The notes under the pieces were generated by a model. It saw nothing but the letters and a program-made list of their open reading frames with translations. It had not been told where the DNA came from and did no database searches. A stretch of DNA of 64,000 nt. Origin: a virus. This document shows, piece by piece, positions 19,106 through 30,360 of this stretch. How positions within the stretch are numbered: position 1 is the first letter of the stretch; every line of letters starts with the position of its first letter. The stretch is taken from positions 34,564-98,563 of IMG/VR virus record IMGVR_UViG_3300023178_000019. One strand, given 5' to 3'. Both the position numbers and the translations under genes were made by a program.

Positions 19106-22100
19106 TTATCTGCTTAAGAAGTATCCAAGTGCTACTGGAGCTCCATCAATACCACCTGTAAAATTCATTTTTGCTTTAATATTTAGCTGTCCGCCACTTG
19201 TAGTTGTTATTTCATCATTTGCAATGAATACAACACCTGCTGTAAGTGTGTTAACGTTCAAGCTACTCTGACCGCCACCAATCTGTGCTGTAATGTAGCT
19301 CTTAATTGCACGTTGCGTTGGAACAATACTATCACTATTTTCAGTAAAGAATGGATCTGTACTGAACTGTGTAATAATTGCTGATCCAATACCAACAGCA
19401 ATACCACCAAGTTGCAATGACTGCAAGCCTGCTAAGTTAAACGCATCAGCATCCAACGTCGCAGTACCTGTTGACTGTTGAACTCCAAACAGTCCGCCAA
19501 CGTTAAAGTTACCATCTTGGTCAGTACTTGTAAAGAACACTCGACCACCGCCACTACTTAATTGTTGTCTATTAATATCTGCTGTAGTAATATCAACAAA
19601 TGGATAGTTCGTTTTAGCTTGGTTTCCTGTACCAATATACAAGAAGTCATGTCCAGTTAGTCGTACTTGTGAGTATTTGTTAGTTGTAACAACTCTTGTA
19701 CCATCTTTTGGTGCATTTAATGTTACTAGTCCTGGACTAATTTGGAAAGTTGCTGTATAACTTCCAGGTTGTCCTATAACATTACTAATTGTAACTAGTT
19801 TGTAATATGATCCAGGAATATTATCAAACTCAACATTTGATCCAGGTTCTGGTAATTCAAACAAGCCTCTTAGTGCAATAAATGTGCTTGGTTGATACAA
19901 GTCTGCGTTACCGTCGCCGCCTAGCTCTGCTGTTGCTGTTGTATAACCTGCACCTCTATTAGTAAATGTTGGGTTAGCTAACGCACCATTTCTAATTCTC
20001 GAATTAACAGCTACATCGATAGTTGCGTTCGGATCGCCAATTGTTGCTTTTGGACTTCCTGCAAATGTTGCTGTACCTATAGCAGTTGGTGCTACAGTTT
20101 CAATATCAAAACTTGCTCCTCCATCAAGTAAGCTAATTTCTATATCTGTTCCAGCTATTGCCGAAATGTAGTACTTGACTTCGGAATCAATACCAATTGC
20201 TGCTAAACCGTCTCCGTCAAAGTTGATAGGTTGTCCTACAAACAAGTTAGACACTGTGTTTAGTTCAATTGTGTTTGGTGCAGTTGTACTTACAATAGAA
20301 CCTTGTGTAAATCCTGAACCCGGTTCTCTTAATGTAAATGCTACAATAGAATCTGTATCTACATAAGTTCTACCATTTGGTCTAGCACCAGTTTCAATCC
20401 ACTTTGCACCATTGCTGCCGCTACTAGTAACAGCAGCCCAGATTGGAACATTACTTGGATTACCAAATGCTACCGCTGCAAACCCAGCAGTATCACCTGT
20501 AGTTCTATCTGTCCAAATAACACCGTCTTGTGAAGTTGCAAAAGTACCTCCAATTGGTCCTGATGCTAAAAATAGTCCTTGACCATATTGTACATCACTC
20601 CATCCTGATGAACTAATATTAGCAAGTGATGTTGATCCTGCTGACCAGTTTTGACCAAAGTCATAACTTATAGCCTGTTCACCTGCTGAACCAATTGCAA
20701 CAAAACGTCCATTACCGTATGCAACCTTCATCCAATTAGTTGAAGAACCAGGTAATGCGCCACCTACAGTCCAAGTAATACCGTTTGAGCTATAAGACGT
20801 ATATCCGTTATCGTTAATAGCAACAAATGTTGTACCACCATATGCTACACTTACAAAAGTACCTGCAGGTGGTGTAGTATTATCACGTGATACCCAGTTT
20901 TCGCCGTCTGTTGATGTTCCTGCTGATCCTGATCCGCCTGTACCACCAACTACAACCCATACACCGTTACCAAATGCAATATCATTAAAGTTTGAATTTG
21001 GTAGTGCTGAACCTGCTGCCCAAACAGCGCCAGGAGCATCTGTTTGTGTTAAGTATGCATTATTAGTTGATCCAGGAGCAATAGCAACCCATCTAGCATC
21101 TTCATCAGTAATTGTTACTGTTGGTTGTGAAGTATAACCGGAACCTCTAAGTAAAATACCATCATTATCTTCGTCAATAGTAATAGTTGCTACACCTCTG
21201 TTATCAAGTGTTGCAGTTACTTCAGCTTGTACTGAAGCTCCTCCGCCTGTGATAGTTACAGTTGGAGCAGTTAAGTAGTTATTACCTTTTGTGTCAACAA
21301 TAATTTCAGTAACCTTGTCTGTTTCAGCAGTTACTGTCGGTGCTTGTGAATAACCTGCACCAGTACTTGTAATGATAATCTCTTGGATAATACCGTCTTT
21401 AACTGTTGCAACAGCACTTGCGCCGCCGCCACCTGCTGTTGGCGTAAACACAATAGTCGGAGCAGTTACAAAACCAGTGCCGCCATTAATTACATTTACT
21501 CTTGCAATCTGTGTCGGACCTGGTAAACCAATACTATTAATTTCACCTAGCTCTGCTTCAAGTATTGCACCTGAACCACCTAGTCCGCCGATAACTGCTG
21601 TTGCTGTTGCTCCTGTGCCGCCGCCAAATGCGCTTGCACTCCAGTTACCTGTTGCTGGTAATACACCAGCTTGTACCCAAGTTTTACCATCTAATGAGTA
21701 ATCAGTTTGTGTACCATTATTTGGTAATGCTATATATCTACCCATTGCAAAATCAACTCTATCAAAACCAATAGCGTCTGCTGTAGTAGTATTATTTGCA
21801 GTAAATCCTGGCTCTGTATAATGTACTGACGGTTCAATAGTATAACCAGTTGTTAAGTCTAGCCCTGCTACTGCTGCTTTACCTGGAATAACATTATCCC
21901 AACCAGCTGTATACATTGCAACACTTTGACCTGTTGTAGTTATTAGTGTTGCTGCTGCTCCTCCAACGGAATCACTTAGCTGAATAGTGCCGTCTAAGTT
22001 ATTTGTAATAACGTAGTAAACATTGCTAGGTGAATTACCTTCATCTAAACCGCCTACACTTGCATTTAAGTAAACTGGATCATCTACGCTAAGATGCTCA

Positions 22101-25100
22101 TAGTTTCCAGTTATAGTAACAATGTTTGTCGTTGCAGTTGTAGCAGTAATTGTAAATGGCTCAATGCTTGGTTTATAAACAGTTGCATTTTTAGTACCAT
22201 TATTAAATCGTAATATCTTAGCATACTGTCCTACACCTGAACCTGCTGTAATTTGTACATTCATTCCTGAATATGCATTACTTAGAGCAAAGTCAGTAGC
22301 AGCTAGTGTGATATATGTTGGATCGCCGCCTTGCGCAACGTTTTGAGCAGTTACATAATCCTCACCGCCGATACCGTTGCCATCGTTTAAATCGATGATA
22401 CGTGTTTCAACAACAGCACTATCTCTAAATTCATCATCGTCTGCTGCTGCATTAAATCCTGTACCACTGATTGCAAATTCTGCATTGGTGTAATCTCTAC
22501 CAGCGTTGCTGAACTCAAATCCTAGAACTTCTTCTTCTCCGTCTGTTGCTACACTATATATTGTTGCTTCTTGTGATAAGTTATCAACTATTGCTGTAAT
22601 TGGTTCTTCACCTGTGTCAGTACCTTCAGCAATAACACCATATGTACCATAAGATGAGTTACCATTTGTAGCACGAATACGTCCGCCAAAGTCTGCTAAG
22701 TAACCTGAATAGTTATAGTATGCGAACACAGAAACAAGTTCTGTTAATGAGTTGTTACCGCTACACCATACGCCAATACCATCACTTAGTACTTGTGTAA
22801 AGTCGTTTGAAACAATAGATCTGTTACCGCCTGCGTGTAACGCACCGTCAATTTTACAACCAACACAACCAACACCAAATGTTGTTACGTTTTGTACATA
22901 ACAAGATTTGTTAGTTACCCATGCTTCGGTATCATTTGGACCAAACCCTGGATCAAGTGATACATAAGAGCCTGCTGTTGGACGTCTTGTTCCAAAGTCA
23001 TTAAGTTCTGTTAAGTTTCCACGTAGTCCATTAACTGTTTGGTTACGTACACCAGTTGCGTTTCTTACATGATACATATCTGATTTTTCAGAACCATTAA
23101 CCGCATTTAAGTATAGCTCACCTGCTTTCCAAACTTTGTGATTTCCTGGATATTGTAAATCGTATACAATAGCATCAATATAACGCTCCATGTCTCTACG
23201 GCATAGAGCAGGATCATATGCATATCTAGCAACACTAGATCCAGAAGCTACATCAAGTACTAGAGGTTCGCCGCCTCTGGTATCAGAAATTTCAACACCT
23301 GTTGTATCTACAATAGATGAAACATAATAAGTTTGTCCTGCTACTAGTTCGCCAAATGCATTTTCGTCAAACACAATAGGATCGTTAACTATTAAGTTGT
23401 GGGCACTAGTGAATCTAATAGTTCCTGGAGAACCTTCAATGTCAGTTACAGTTCCACCATAACTTTGTGTGATCCAAGCTGTTGCCTCGTTTGCTAAGAA
23501 GTTTCTATTTGCTTTAAGTATATCAACAGCATTGATTGTTTCTGTATCACCGAAGTACGTAATAGTTCCATGAATTTCTGGAGTGTTTCCGTTACCTTTG
23601 TCTAGCATATTAATAATAATATCCATTAACGAATTAGTACGCTTTTTAGCTAATGCACTACCGTCAATGTATGTAGCAATTACATTTTTTAGTTCTCTAT
23701 AAGATTGTACAGTAGCATTCTTTTGCGCTCCTAAAACTAAGTCTGCTTGTGTACCTCTATAGTATGCCTGTGCAACAATTTGTGTTAAGTAGTTGGTGTT
23801 ATTCATCATATCTCTACCAACTGCTTCTACAATATAACCTACATCTCTTTCACACTTAGCTACATCATAGTCAAGTGTTGGATACTTATCTGCAATAAAT
23901 GATGTAATAGCTGCCTTAATTGAAGATAAAGAACCAGTTAAGTTTGTGAACTGCTGTTGTAATGTTCCAGAAACACCAGTAATGCTACCTGTTTGATAAA
24001 TGTATGCAGTAGCAATTATATCGTTTTGATCATCTGCTTCATAAGTAGGTCCATTAAAGTATCCTGACAAAGTAAACGTTGTTGGATTAACAATGGACTT
24101 AACATAGTATGTTTCAAAGTCTTGGAACTCGTCTAAGAATTGGACAATGTCGCCTACACGTAAGTTGTGATTAACGTCACAAATAAACCCATTACTAGAT
24201 ATGCCAGTTACTGTAACACGAGGTCTTAATTGTTGATCGTTTATGCTATCATAAACTATTGTCATTAATTCTTCAACTTTAGCTAAAGATCCGGCATCAC
24301 CTACTGGCTGAAGTGAATCTCTTATTACTGGTTCAACATATCCTTGTAATGGTCCTGGACTTACGGCACTGTTTACTGCTAATCCAGTAACAATTTGTTT
24401 TGCATAATCATATGCAGCAAGTGTAGCAGTTTTCTCATCTTCGCTAATAACTAATTCATTATCACCGTTAATGTCTTTCTGATAGTAAAATTCTGCAAAT
24501 TTTACTGATGCATAATTACTGTTATAAGTTAAATCATATCTTAATGCATCAACTAACATTCCAACATCTCGTTCACACTTGGTTTGATTATATGTTAGTG
24601 ATGGATACTCTTGATTTAAAAACTCAATTACTTCAGCTGTTACATATGCTTTATTTTCCCAAATAATGCTTGCTGCTGCAACATCTGCTGTGTCAGCATC
24701 ACTAGGTTCAACCCATTTAGCAACTGGAATTTTGCCGCCGTTAATGTAATTTGTTAAGTCTTCAATTAATAAGTTTACTGAAGCGTTTGCTGATACTGTT
24801 GCAACACGTCTTACTTTTTGTGCCATAAACTCCATGCTACCAACAGTTGCATATAGTTCATTATTAACAACTTCTAAAGCAGATGCAATAAGTCTATAAT
24901 AACTCATTCCAGCTTTTGTAGTTGCAAAGTTTGATCCGGTATATAAATCTCTAGCAAGTGCATCAACAATTAACCCTGCATCACGTCTGCAAGTATCTTG
25001 ATTGTATTCTAGTTCTTGATGGAATTTTTCTACCCAAAACACAACATCTTCAACAATTTCATTTTTACGATTTAAAATTCTATTATACGCTGTTGTTGTT

Positions 25101-28100
25101 TCAATTTGCTGCCAACTATTTGCAATTTCGATAGCAGTGTTTGCTTCGCCGTTGTTAATATAGTCAAGTACATCTTGTACTCTATCTTCAGCAAATTCAA
25201 TTGATGCTGCGTTACCCGGAGTACCGCTTGTATCTTGTACTTCTGTTACACCTGGGCTAGTAGTTACAGTAGTTTCTGCAATGACTTCTGCAACAACAAC
25301 TTTTAATCTTGCATACGCTGCAAGAGTTGCTGGAAGTTCGTTTGCACTAATTGTTAGTACAAAGTTTGAATAGTATGCGCTACCTGCAATCTCTGACTGT
25401 GTATTACCGCCATATGTTAAATCATAACGTACTGCATCAAGTATATAACCTACATCACGGATGCAACGATCTTGTCCGTCAGCACTAATAGATCCCCATA
25501 TAACATCGTAACCGTTATTAGAATCTTCTAACCAATGACGTATTTCATCTTGGATAAATGCATGGTTAGCAACAATTTGCGCTGCTGCATCACCGTATGT
25601 TGTAGTAACACCAGTTGTGTTTGATGCTGTAGCATAAGCAGTATCACTAAAGTCTACTGTATTGTAACCCGGTGCTGTTGGAAATACAGTTGGCGGTAAT
25701 GCTGCTAAACCGTTTTGAACAATGGTGTTCATATCTTTAATTAGTTTGTATGCACGATCGCCATCTTTTCTAGTTCCAGGTTCGGATATAACTCCGATAG
25801 TAAGTTCTGTTATTGCTGAATTTAAGAATCTAACAGTTGATAGTGTTTCTTGTAGTTGACTATTTAGAACTAGTTCTGTTGATACTGTACCTCTACGATA
25901 TGCTATAGCATTTTGTACTGACAAGTAATTACTATCAAAAATTACGTCATAACCAATACCGTCGATCATATAACCAACATCTCTTTTGCAAAGATCTTTG
26001 TTATATGTTAAAGTAGGATACACAAAATCAATATAATCAACTAATGCATCTTGTATAACCGGAGTTCTTTCTGTTAACACATTTTTTAATTTTTCTAAAG
26101 CATTGTCAGTCCAAGCAGTTGAAGGCTTAATTAATGCTGGAGCTAATGCAGTGTCAGCAGTATTATAAATTTCTTGTGTTCTGTCTTGAGCAAATGTACC
26201 TGCACCAAGTGAACCTGCTGTTCCATTAGTATCCTGTGTATCGGCATTACTTGTAGATTTTGTAATTGCATTACCTTGTGCAATATCTGAAATAATATCT
26301 ATAAGTCTTTGCTGTGCATCAAGTGTTTCGGTTTTTTGACTTGCACCTCTTACAAATGCGCCGTCTAAATCATAAAATAATCTAGATTGAATAATAGTTG
26401 CTAAGTTACCTCTATATGTTAAATCATATTTTACTGCTTCAATCTGTTCATCTAAATCTTCTAACCACTGTGCTTTTGAATCTGAGTCTAAACCTACCCA
26501 GAATGCACCATGGTTATCTGTCATATATGCATCTATTTCAGAAATGATAAAGTCTTTGTTAGCAGTAATAAGTCTACGTGCATTAAAGAATCCTGTATCA
26601 TAGTTTGTTGGATCAGTGTATGTATAACTAGTTGGAATTGAACCTGATCCGTTTTCTAAAATATCTATAATTAAGTTTGTACTTTCATCTACTTTTGCTG
26701 TTCTAGTTGAGTAATACTTAATTCTATCTCTCGTATATTCAATTGTTCCTAGTGTTGGTTCTAGTTGACTATCAATTACAAGTTCTGCAGAACTAATTGC
26801 TCTACGATAAGACATGCCTGCTTTTAGTGAACGGAATGTACTTCCAAATAAAACATCATATTCTAAAGCGTCTACAATATAGCCAATGTCTCTTTCACAC
26901 TTAGCTTGATCATAATCTAGATCCGGATAATTTTCATTAACCCAGTTAGTTGCACCTGTTTGAATACTAGATTTTACATTAGTAAAATCTGTAACTATAG
27001 ATTGTACAACAGTATCAGTCCAGCTAGTATCTGGAAGTATCGGTGTTGGTAATGTACCGTCTGTGTCAATAGTATCATAAATTTCTTGAATACGTGCATC
27101 TGCAAATGTTTCTGCACCTGCACTACCTGCTGTTCCTGAAGTGTCTTGAGTTTCAGTATTTCCTGCTGTCGGAGTAATTGTTGTTTCAGTAATTACATCT
27201 CCGATAATTGATTTTAAATGTGCGTATGTAGCAAGCGTTTCTGCTTTTTTACCAGTACCGTAAACTGGGTTACCATTTACAAAATAACTTCTTGCTGCTA
27301 CTGTAGTTTCTAAATTACCGCCATAAGTTAAATCGTAACGTAGTGCATCGATAATATATTTTGTGTCTCTTTCACAGTTTGCAGTATCAAATGTAAATAA
27401 TGCATCAAATGGTGCAATAGTATTATCAACTTGGAATTGAATCCAGGCTGTTTGTTCTGCTACTATGAAATCTCTGTTTGCTTCAAGTTGTGCAACAGCG
27501 TTTGCAAATCCCGCATCGCTTGCGTTGTTTGTACCGCTTGTAGGTGTTGGACCAACTTCTGGTAAGTCTGGTACAACTTGTAACCCATTTGCAAGTACAT
27601 CAGTTATAACTTCAACGCCATTGTTTAGTCTGTTTGTTGAAGCTGTGTTTCCAGCATATCCGTTTACATACTGCTGATCTACGTTATTTCCAGTAGTCTT
27701 AGCAATCTCAACATTTTGTAAAATGTCATCAGCTACGTCTTTAATTCTGTTTAATGCACTAGTTGTTTTGTTTACATCATTTGCTAATTCTGGTATTGCT
27801 GTTTGAGGTTGTACAACACTTGTACGTAGTTCGTCTCCTACTACCGCAGTATATTCCGGAAGAATCATTGGAAGTACTTCGTTGTATGTACCTGTTTTAA
27901 TAAACACTGTAGTATTTGGAAGAATAGGTAATGCAATAGCAGTGTTAGAACCTGCAACAATACCGTTTACAACAATGTCTAATAATTCATTTGCTTTTGC
28001 TGCGCCAACTTCTTCAGCAGTTAAATTAAAGTCGATAACTTGCTGGGCTCTATCTTCTAACTCAATTCCAATTAATGACTGATAACTAACTGGAGATCTA

Positions 28101-30328
28101 TTATTAAGAACTGTTGAAACAAACTCTTTTAATTTTGTATAAACCTCTTCGTTAATTTTTTTCTGTTCTTGAACTTCTTGAGAAACATAATTGTTACTTT
28201 CAACACTAAATGTGTAAGTATTTACATAATACAAGTTAGTTGCTGTTGTGGTTTTTAATGTGCCACCTCTTGAAATATCGTAGATTAGTCCGTCAATAAT
28301 AGTAGCGCAATCTGCTTCTAGATTATCAAAGTTTACAGATGCGTTACCTTCCATAGTACCTGTATCATCTGTAAGTATTAATGATATACCACCTTGGGTG
28401 TCACTAATTCTAAATTCTGTTGAACTTACAATAGCATCAACATAATATTGTGTTCCAGCTGTTACGCCGCCTAATGTTCCATCAAATACAATTGGTATGC
28501 CGTCACGTAATTTTTCTGTGCTATTACATGTAAAAGTACGTGTACCACTTGCAGAAGCAGTTATAGTAACTTTATAATTATTCTTTACCCATGCTGTAGA
28601 TTCTTTAATTAAGAACTGTTTGTTATTTTTTAGAATATCTCTAGTTTGAGGGTTTAAATAACCTTCTCTAATTTGATCTAGTGCATAGCGTACACTTGCC
28701 CAAGGTTTGTCGATTGTTAATCCAGATTCTGGTGCAGGCGTATCTGTACCTAAAGGACCAACATAAACAACATTATCAATTAGTCCATAGTTTGCCCAGT
28801 CTGGGAAACCATCTGTTGCACGAAGAATCTGACCATCAACACCGATTGGTAATCTTGTTGGACCGTTGTTACCAAAGTAAACTAAATCACCTTCTGCTTC
28901 GAGTGCTAGTGCTTCAGACCCGATTGTTAAGATATTCCAATAATCTGCAACTAGATCGTTATCTGGTCTGTTTGCAGTTTCTGATGTGTGTTTTTGTGTA
29001 CAAATAAATGAACTTGCACCATAAATTACAACATCTCCTACATGATAATCGTTAGCAGGTACCCAAGTAGATGAATAACCAGTATGTGTAACTGTGTCAA
29101 TGACACCGCCTGTTTCGCCTGTTACAGTAACTACAATGTCGTTTGCAGGAGTTGTTCCTCCAACATCTGCACCTGAAATAGTTATAACATCATTGTCAGC
29201 ATAACCTGTACCAGCATATCCTGTTGATATACTGACTGTGTAAACTGTATTTGACTTAACAACATCAAAACGTGCTCCTGAACCACTGCCTGATTCGTTA
29301 GTACCAGAAACTTGTGAGAAAGACTCAGTACTTCTTGTCCAGTTAATACCAGAGTTTAGTCTACTCCAGTAAGTATCGTTCGGTGGTTCAAAATCTAAAC
29401 TATCTGCAATAGCTACATAGGTATTACCGCCAAGTCTTACTACATCACCAACTTTATAAGAATCTAATGAGCTCCAATCACCTTGGAATGCAAATCCTGA
29501 TGTAAATACTTCCCAATCATCTGGGCTTGCAGTTGGCTGTGCATTTGTATTGTTTGTTTTAGCAACATATACATAGCCACCGTATGTAACTGTGTCTCCT
29601 ATTTGATAGACTGTAGAATTATCCCAGCTATCTTCAAATTGGAAGCCTTCGATAAAGACATCCCAGTTTACTTCGTCTGAAATAAAATCATTTGAAACAT
29701 GCGGTGCAGTACAAATGAAAACGTTTCCGCCGTATTTTACAACATCATTAACACGGTAACGAGTTGTAGTTACCCACTCGCCTAAATATACAAGTCCGTC
29801 GCTGAATAACGTCCATTTACCTTGATCGGCTTCTAAGCCTAATGCTACTGTGGCAGAAGAAACGTGAGCAGTGTTACATACATAAACATAACCGCCATAT
29901 CTTACTAGGTCATTAATTTTATAACGGGTATTTATTGTCCAATCACTTTTCCAATCAAAAGATGTAGCAAACGGTGTCCACTTATCTAAGTCTGCTTCAA
30001 GACCTAAATAATCAGGATCTGCAAATGTTGCTGATGTATGTCCTGTTTCAGCAATATAAACAATAGCACCATAACGTACAACGTCACCTGGTGCATATGT
30101 AAATTCTGGTTGCCAATCACCTTGCCAACTTGTACCATCTGATACAATATCCCATTTTGGAATTTCGTTATCAAAATCTGCTTGGAAATCTGTTGATGCA
30201 GTATGGTTTCTAATACATATGTATGATTTACCGCCAAAACTTACAACATCGTCTGCGACATATGCTCGTTCTGCTGCCCAGTCACCCTGCCAAACAAATC
30301 TAATTCTACCTAGTTTAAACTCTGCCAT
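19106..30328 (-). CDS. Giant virion structural/fibre protein (3740 aa)
   Basis: N-terminal W..Y..GDVV.YGG..Y.C repeats (CBM5/12-like), a beta-helix-like core, CxRDxGY helical repeats, GxGYT.APTVT repeats, S.DG..W propeller-like repeats. Late motif GATAAATA at 30353-30360. Confidence 0.8.
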   Translation of the reverse strand: MAEFKLGRIRFVWQGDWAAERAYVADDVVSFGGKSYICIRNHTASTDFQADFDNEIPKWDIVSDGTSWQGDWQPEFTYAPGDVVRYGAIVYIAETGHTSATFADPDYLGLEADLDKWTPFATSFDWKSDWTINTRYKINDLVRYGGYVYVCNTAHVSSATVALGLEADQGKWTLFSDGLVYLGEWVTTTRYRVNDVVKYGGNVFICTAPHVSNDFISDEVNWDVFIEGFQFEDSWDNSTVYQIGDTVTYGGYVYVAKTNNTNAQPTASPDDWEVFTSGFAFQGDWSSLDSYKVGDVVRLGGNTYVAIADSLDFEPPNDTYWSRLNSGINWTRSTESFSQVSGTNESGSGSGARFDVVKSNTVYTVSISTGYAGTGYADNDVITISGADVGGTTPANDIVVTVTGETGGVIDTVTHTGYSSTWVPANDYHVGDVVIYGASSFICTQKHTSETANRPDNDLVADYWNILTIGSEALALEAEGDLVYFGNNGPTRLPIGVDGQILRATDGFPDWANYGLIDNVVYVGPLGTDTPAPESGLTIDKPWASVRYALDQIREGYLNPQTRDILKNNKQFLIKESTAWVKNNYKVTITASASGTRTFTCNSTEKLRDGIPIVFDGTLGGVTAGTQYYVDAIVSSTEFRISDTQGGISLILTDDTGTMEGNASVNFDNLEADCATIIDGLIYDISRGGTLKTTTATNLYYVNTYTFSVESNNYVSQEVQEQKKINEEVYTKLKEFVSTVLNNRSPVSYQSLIGIELEDRAQQVIDFNLTAEEVGAAKANELLDIVVNGIVAGSNTAIALPILPNTTVFIKTGTYNEVLPMILPEYTAVVGDELRTSVVQPQTAIPELANDVNKTTSALNRIKDVADDILQNVEIAKTTGNNVDQQYVNGYAGNTASTNRLNNGVEVITDVLANGLQVVPDLPEVGPTPTSGTNNASDAGFANAVAQLEANRDFIVAEQTAWIQFQVDNTIAPFDALFTFDTANCERDTKYIIDALRYDLTYGGNLETTVAARSYFVNGNPVYGTGKKAETLATYAHLKSIIGDVITETTITPTAGNTETQDTSGTAGSAGAETFADARIQEIYDTIDTDGTLPTPILPDTSWTDTVVQSIVTDFTNVKSSIQTGATNWVNENYPDLDYDQAKCERDIGYIVDALEYDVLFGSTFRSLKAGMSYRRAISSAELVIDSQLEPTLGTIEYTRDRIKYYSTRTAKVDESTNLIIDILENGSGSIPTSYTYTDPTNYDTGFFNARRLITANKDFIISEIDAYMTDNHGAFWVGLDSDSKAQWLEDLDEQIEAVKYDLTYRGNLATIIQSRLFYDLDGAFVRGASQKTETLDAQQRLIDIISDIAQGNAITKSTSNADTQDTNGTAGSLGAGTFAQDRTQEIYNTADTALAPALIKPSTAWTDNALEKLKNVLTERTPVIQDALVDYIDFVYPTLTYNKDLCKRDVGYMIDGIGYDVIFDSNYLSVQNAIAYRRGTVSTELVLNSQLQETLSTVRFLNSAITELTIGVISEPGTRKDGDRAYKLIKDMNTIVQNGLAALPPTVFPTAPGYNTVDFSDTAYATASNTTGVTTTYGDAAAQIVANHAFIQDEIRHWLEDSNNGYDVIWGSISADGQDRCIRDVGYILDAVRYDLTYGGNTQSEIAGSAYYSNFVLTISANELPATLAAYARLKVVVAEVIAETTVTTSPGVTEVQDTSGTPGNAASIEFAEDRVQDVLDYINNGEANTAIEIANSWQQIETTTAYNRILNRKNEIVEDVVFWVEKFHQELEYNQDTCRRDAGLIVDALARDLYTGSNFATTKAGMSYYRLIASALEVVNNELYATVGSMEFMAQKVRRVATVSANASVNLLIEDLTNYINGGKIPVAKWVEPSDADTADVAAASIIWENKAYVTAEVIEFLNQEYPSLTYNQTKCERDVGMLVDALRYDLTYNSNYASVKFAEFYYQKDINGDNELVISEDEKTATLAAYDYAKQIVTGLAVNSAVSPGPLQGYVEPVIRDSLQPVGDAGSLAKVEELMTIVYDSINDQQLRPRVTVTGISSNGFICDVNHNLRVGDIVQFLDEFQDFETYYVKSIVNPTTFTLSGYFNGPTYEADDQNDIIATAYIYQTGSITGVSGTLQQQFTNLTGSLSSIKAAITSFIADKYPTLDYDVAKCERDVGYIVEAVGRDMMNNTNYLTQIVAQAYYRGTQADLVLGAQKNATVQSYRELKNVIATYIDGSALAKKRTNSLMDIIINMLDKGNGNTPEIHGTITYFGDTETINAVDILKANRNFLANEATAWITQSYGGTVTDIEGSPGTIRFTSAHNLIVNDPIVFDENAFGELVAGQTYYVSSIVDTTGVEISDTRGGEPLVLDVASGSSVARYAYDPALCRRDMERYIDAIVYDLQYPGNHKVWKAGELYLNAVNGSEKSDMYHVRNATGVRNQTVNGLRGNLTELNDFGTRRPTAGSYVSLDPGFGPNDTEAWVTNKSCYVQNVTTFGVGCVGCKIDGALHAGGNRSIVSNDFTQVLSDGIGVWCSGNNSLTELVSVFAYYNYSGYLADFGGRIRATNGNSSYGTYGVIAEGTDTGEEPITAIVDNLSQEATIYSVATDGEEEVLGFEFSNAGRDYTNAEFAISGTGFNAAADDDEFRDSAVVETRIIDLNDGNGIGGEDYVTAQNVAQGGDPTYITLAATDFALSNAYSGMNVQITAGSGVGQYAKILRFNNGTKNATVYKPSIEPFTITATTATTNIVTITGNYEHLSVDDPVYLNASVGGLDEGNSPSNVYYVITNNLDGTIQLSDSVGGAAATLITTTGQSVAMYTAGWDNVIPGKAAVAGLDLTTGYTIEPSVHYTEPGFTANNTTTADAIGFDRVDFAMGRYIALPNNGTQTDYSLDGKTWVQAGVLPATGNWSASAFGGGTGATATAVIGGLGGSGAILEAELGEINSIGLPGPTQIARVNVINGGTGFVTAPTIVFTPTAGGGGASAVATVKDGIIQEIIITSTGAGYSQAPTVTAETDKVTEIIVDTKGNNYLTAPTVTITGGGASVQAEVTATLDNRGVATITIDEDNDGILLRGSGYTSQPTVTITDEDARWVAIAPGSTNNAYLTQTDAPGAVWAAGSALPNSNFNDIAFGNGVWVVVGGTGGSGSAGTSTDGENWVSRDNTTPPAGTFVSVAYGGTTFVAINDNGYTSYSSNGITWTVGGALPGSSTNWMKVAYGNGRFVAIGSAGEQAISYDFGQNWSAGSTSLANISSSGWSDVQYGQGLFLASGPIGGTFATSQDGVIWTDRTTGDTAGFAAVAFGNPSNVPIWAAVTSSGSNGAKWIETGARPNGRTYVDTDSIVAFTLREPGSGFTQGSIVSTTAPNTIELNTVSNLFVGQPINFDGDGLAAIGIDSEVKYYISAIAGTDIEISLLDGGASFDIETVAPTAIGTATFAGSPKATIGDPNATIDVAVNSRIRNGALANPTFTNRGAGYTTATAELGGDGNADLYQPSTFIALRGLFELPEPGSNVEFDNIPGSYYKLVTISNVIGQPGSYTATFQISPGLVTLNAPKDGTRVVTTNKYSQVRLTGHDFLYIGTGNQAKTNYPFVDITTADINRQQLSSGGGRVFFTSTDQDGNFNVGGLFGVQQSTGTATLDADAFNLAGLQSLQLGGIAVGIGSAIITQFSTDPFFTENSDSIVPTQRAIKSYITAQIGGGQSSLNVNTLTAGVVFIANDEITTTSGGQLNIKAKMNFTGGIDGAPVALGYFLSR

Positions 30329-30360
30329 TTTTTATATAACTCCGTGTTCTTATATTTATC

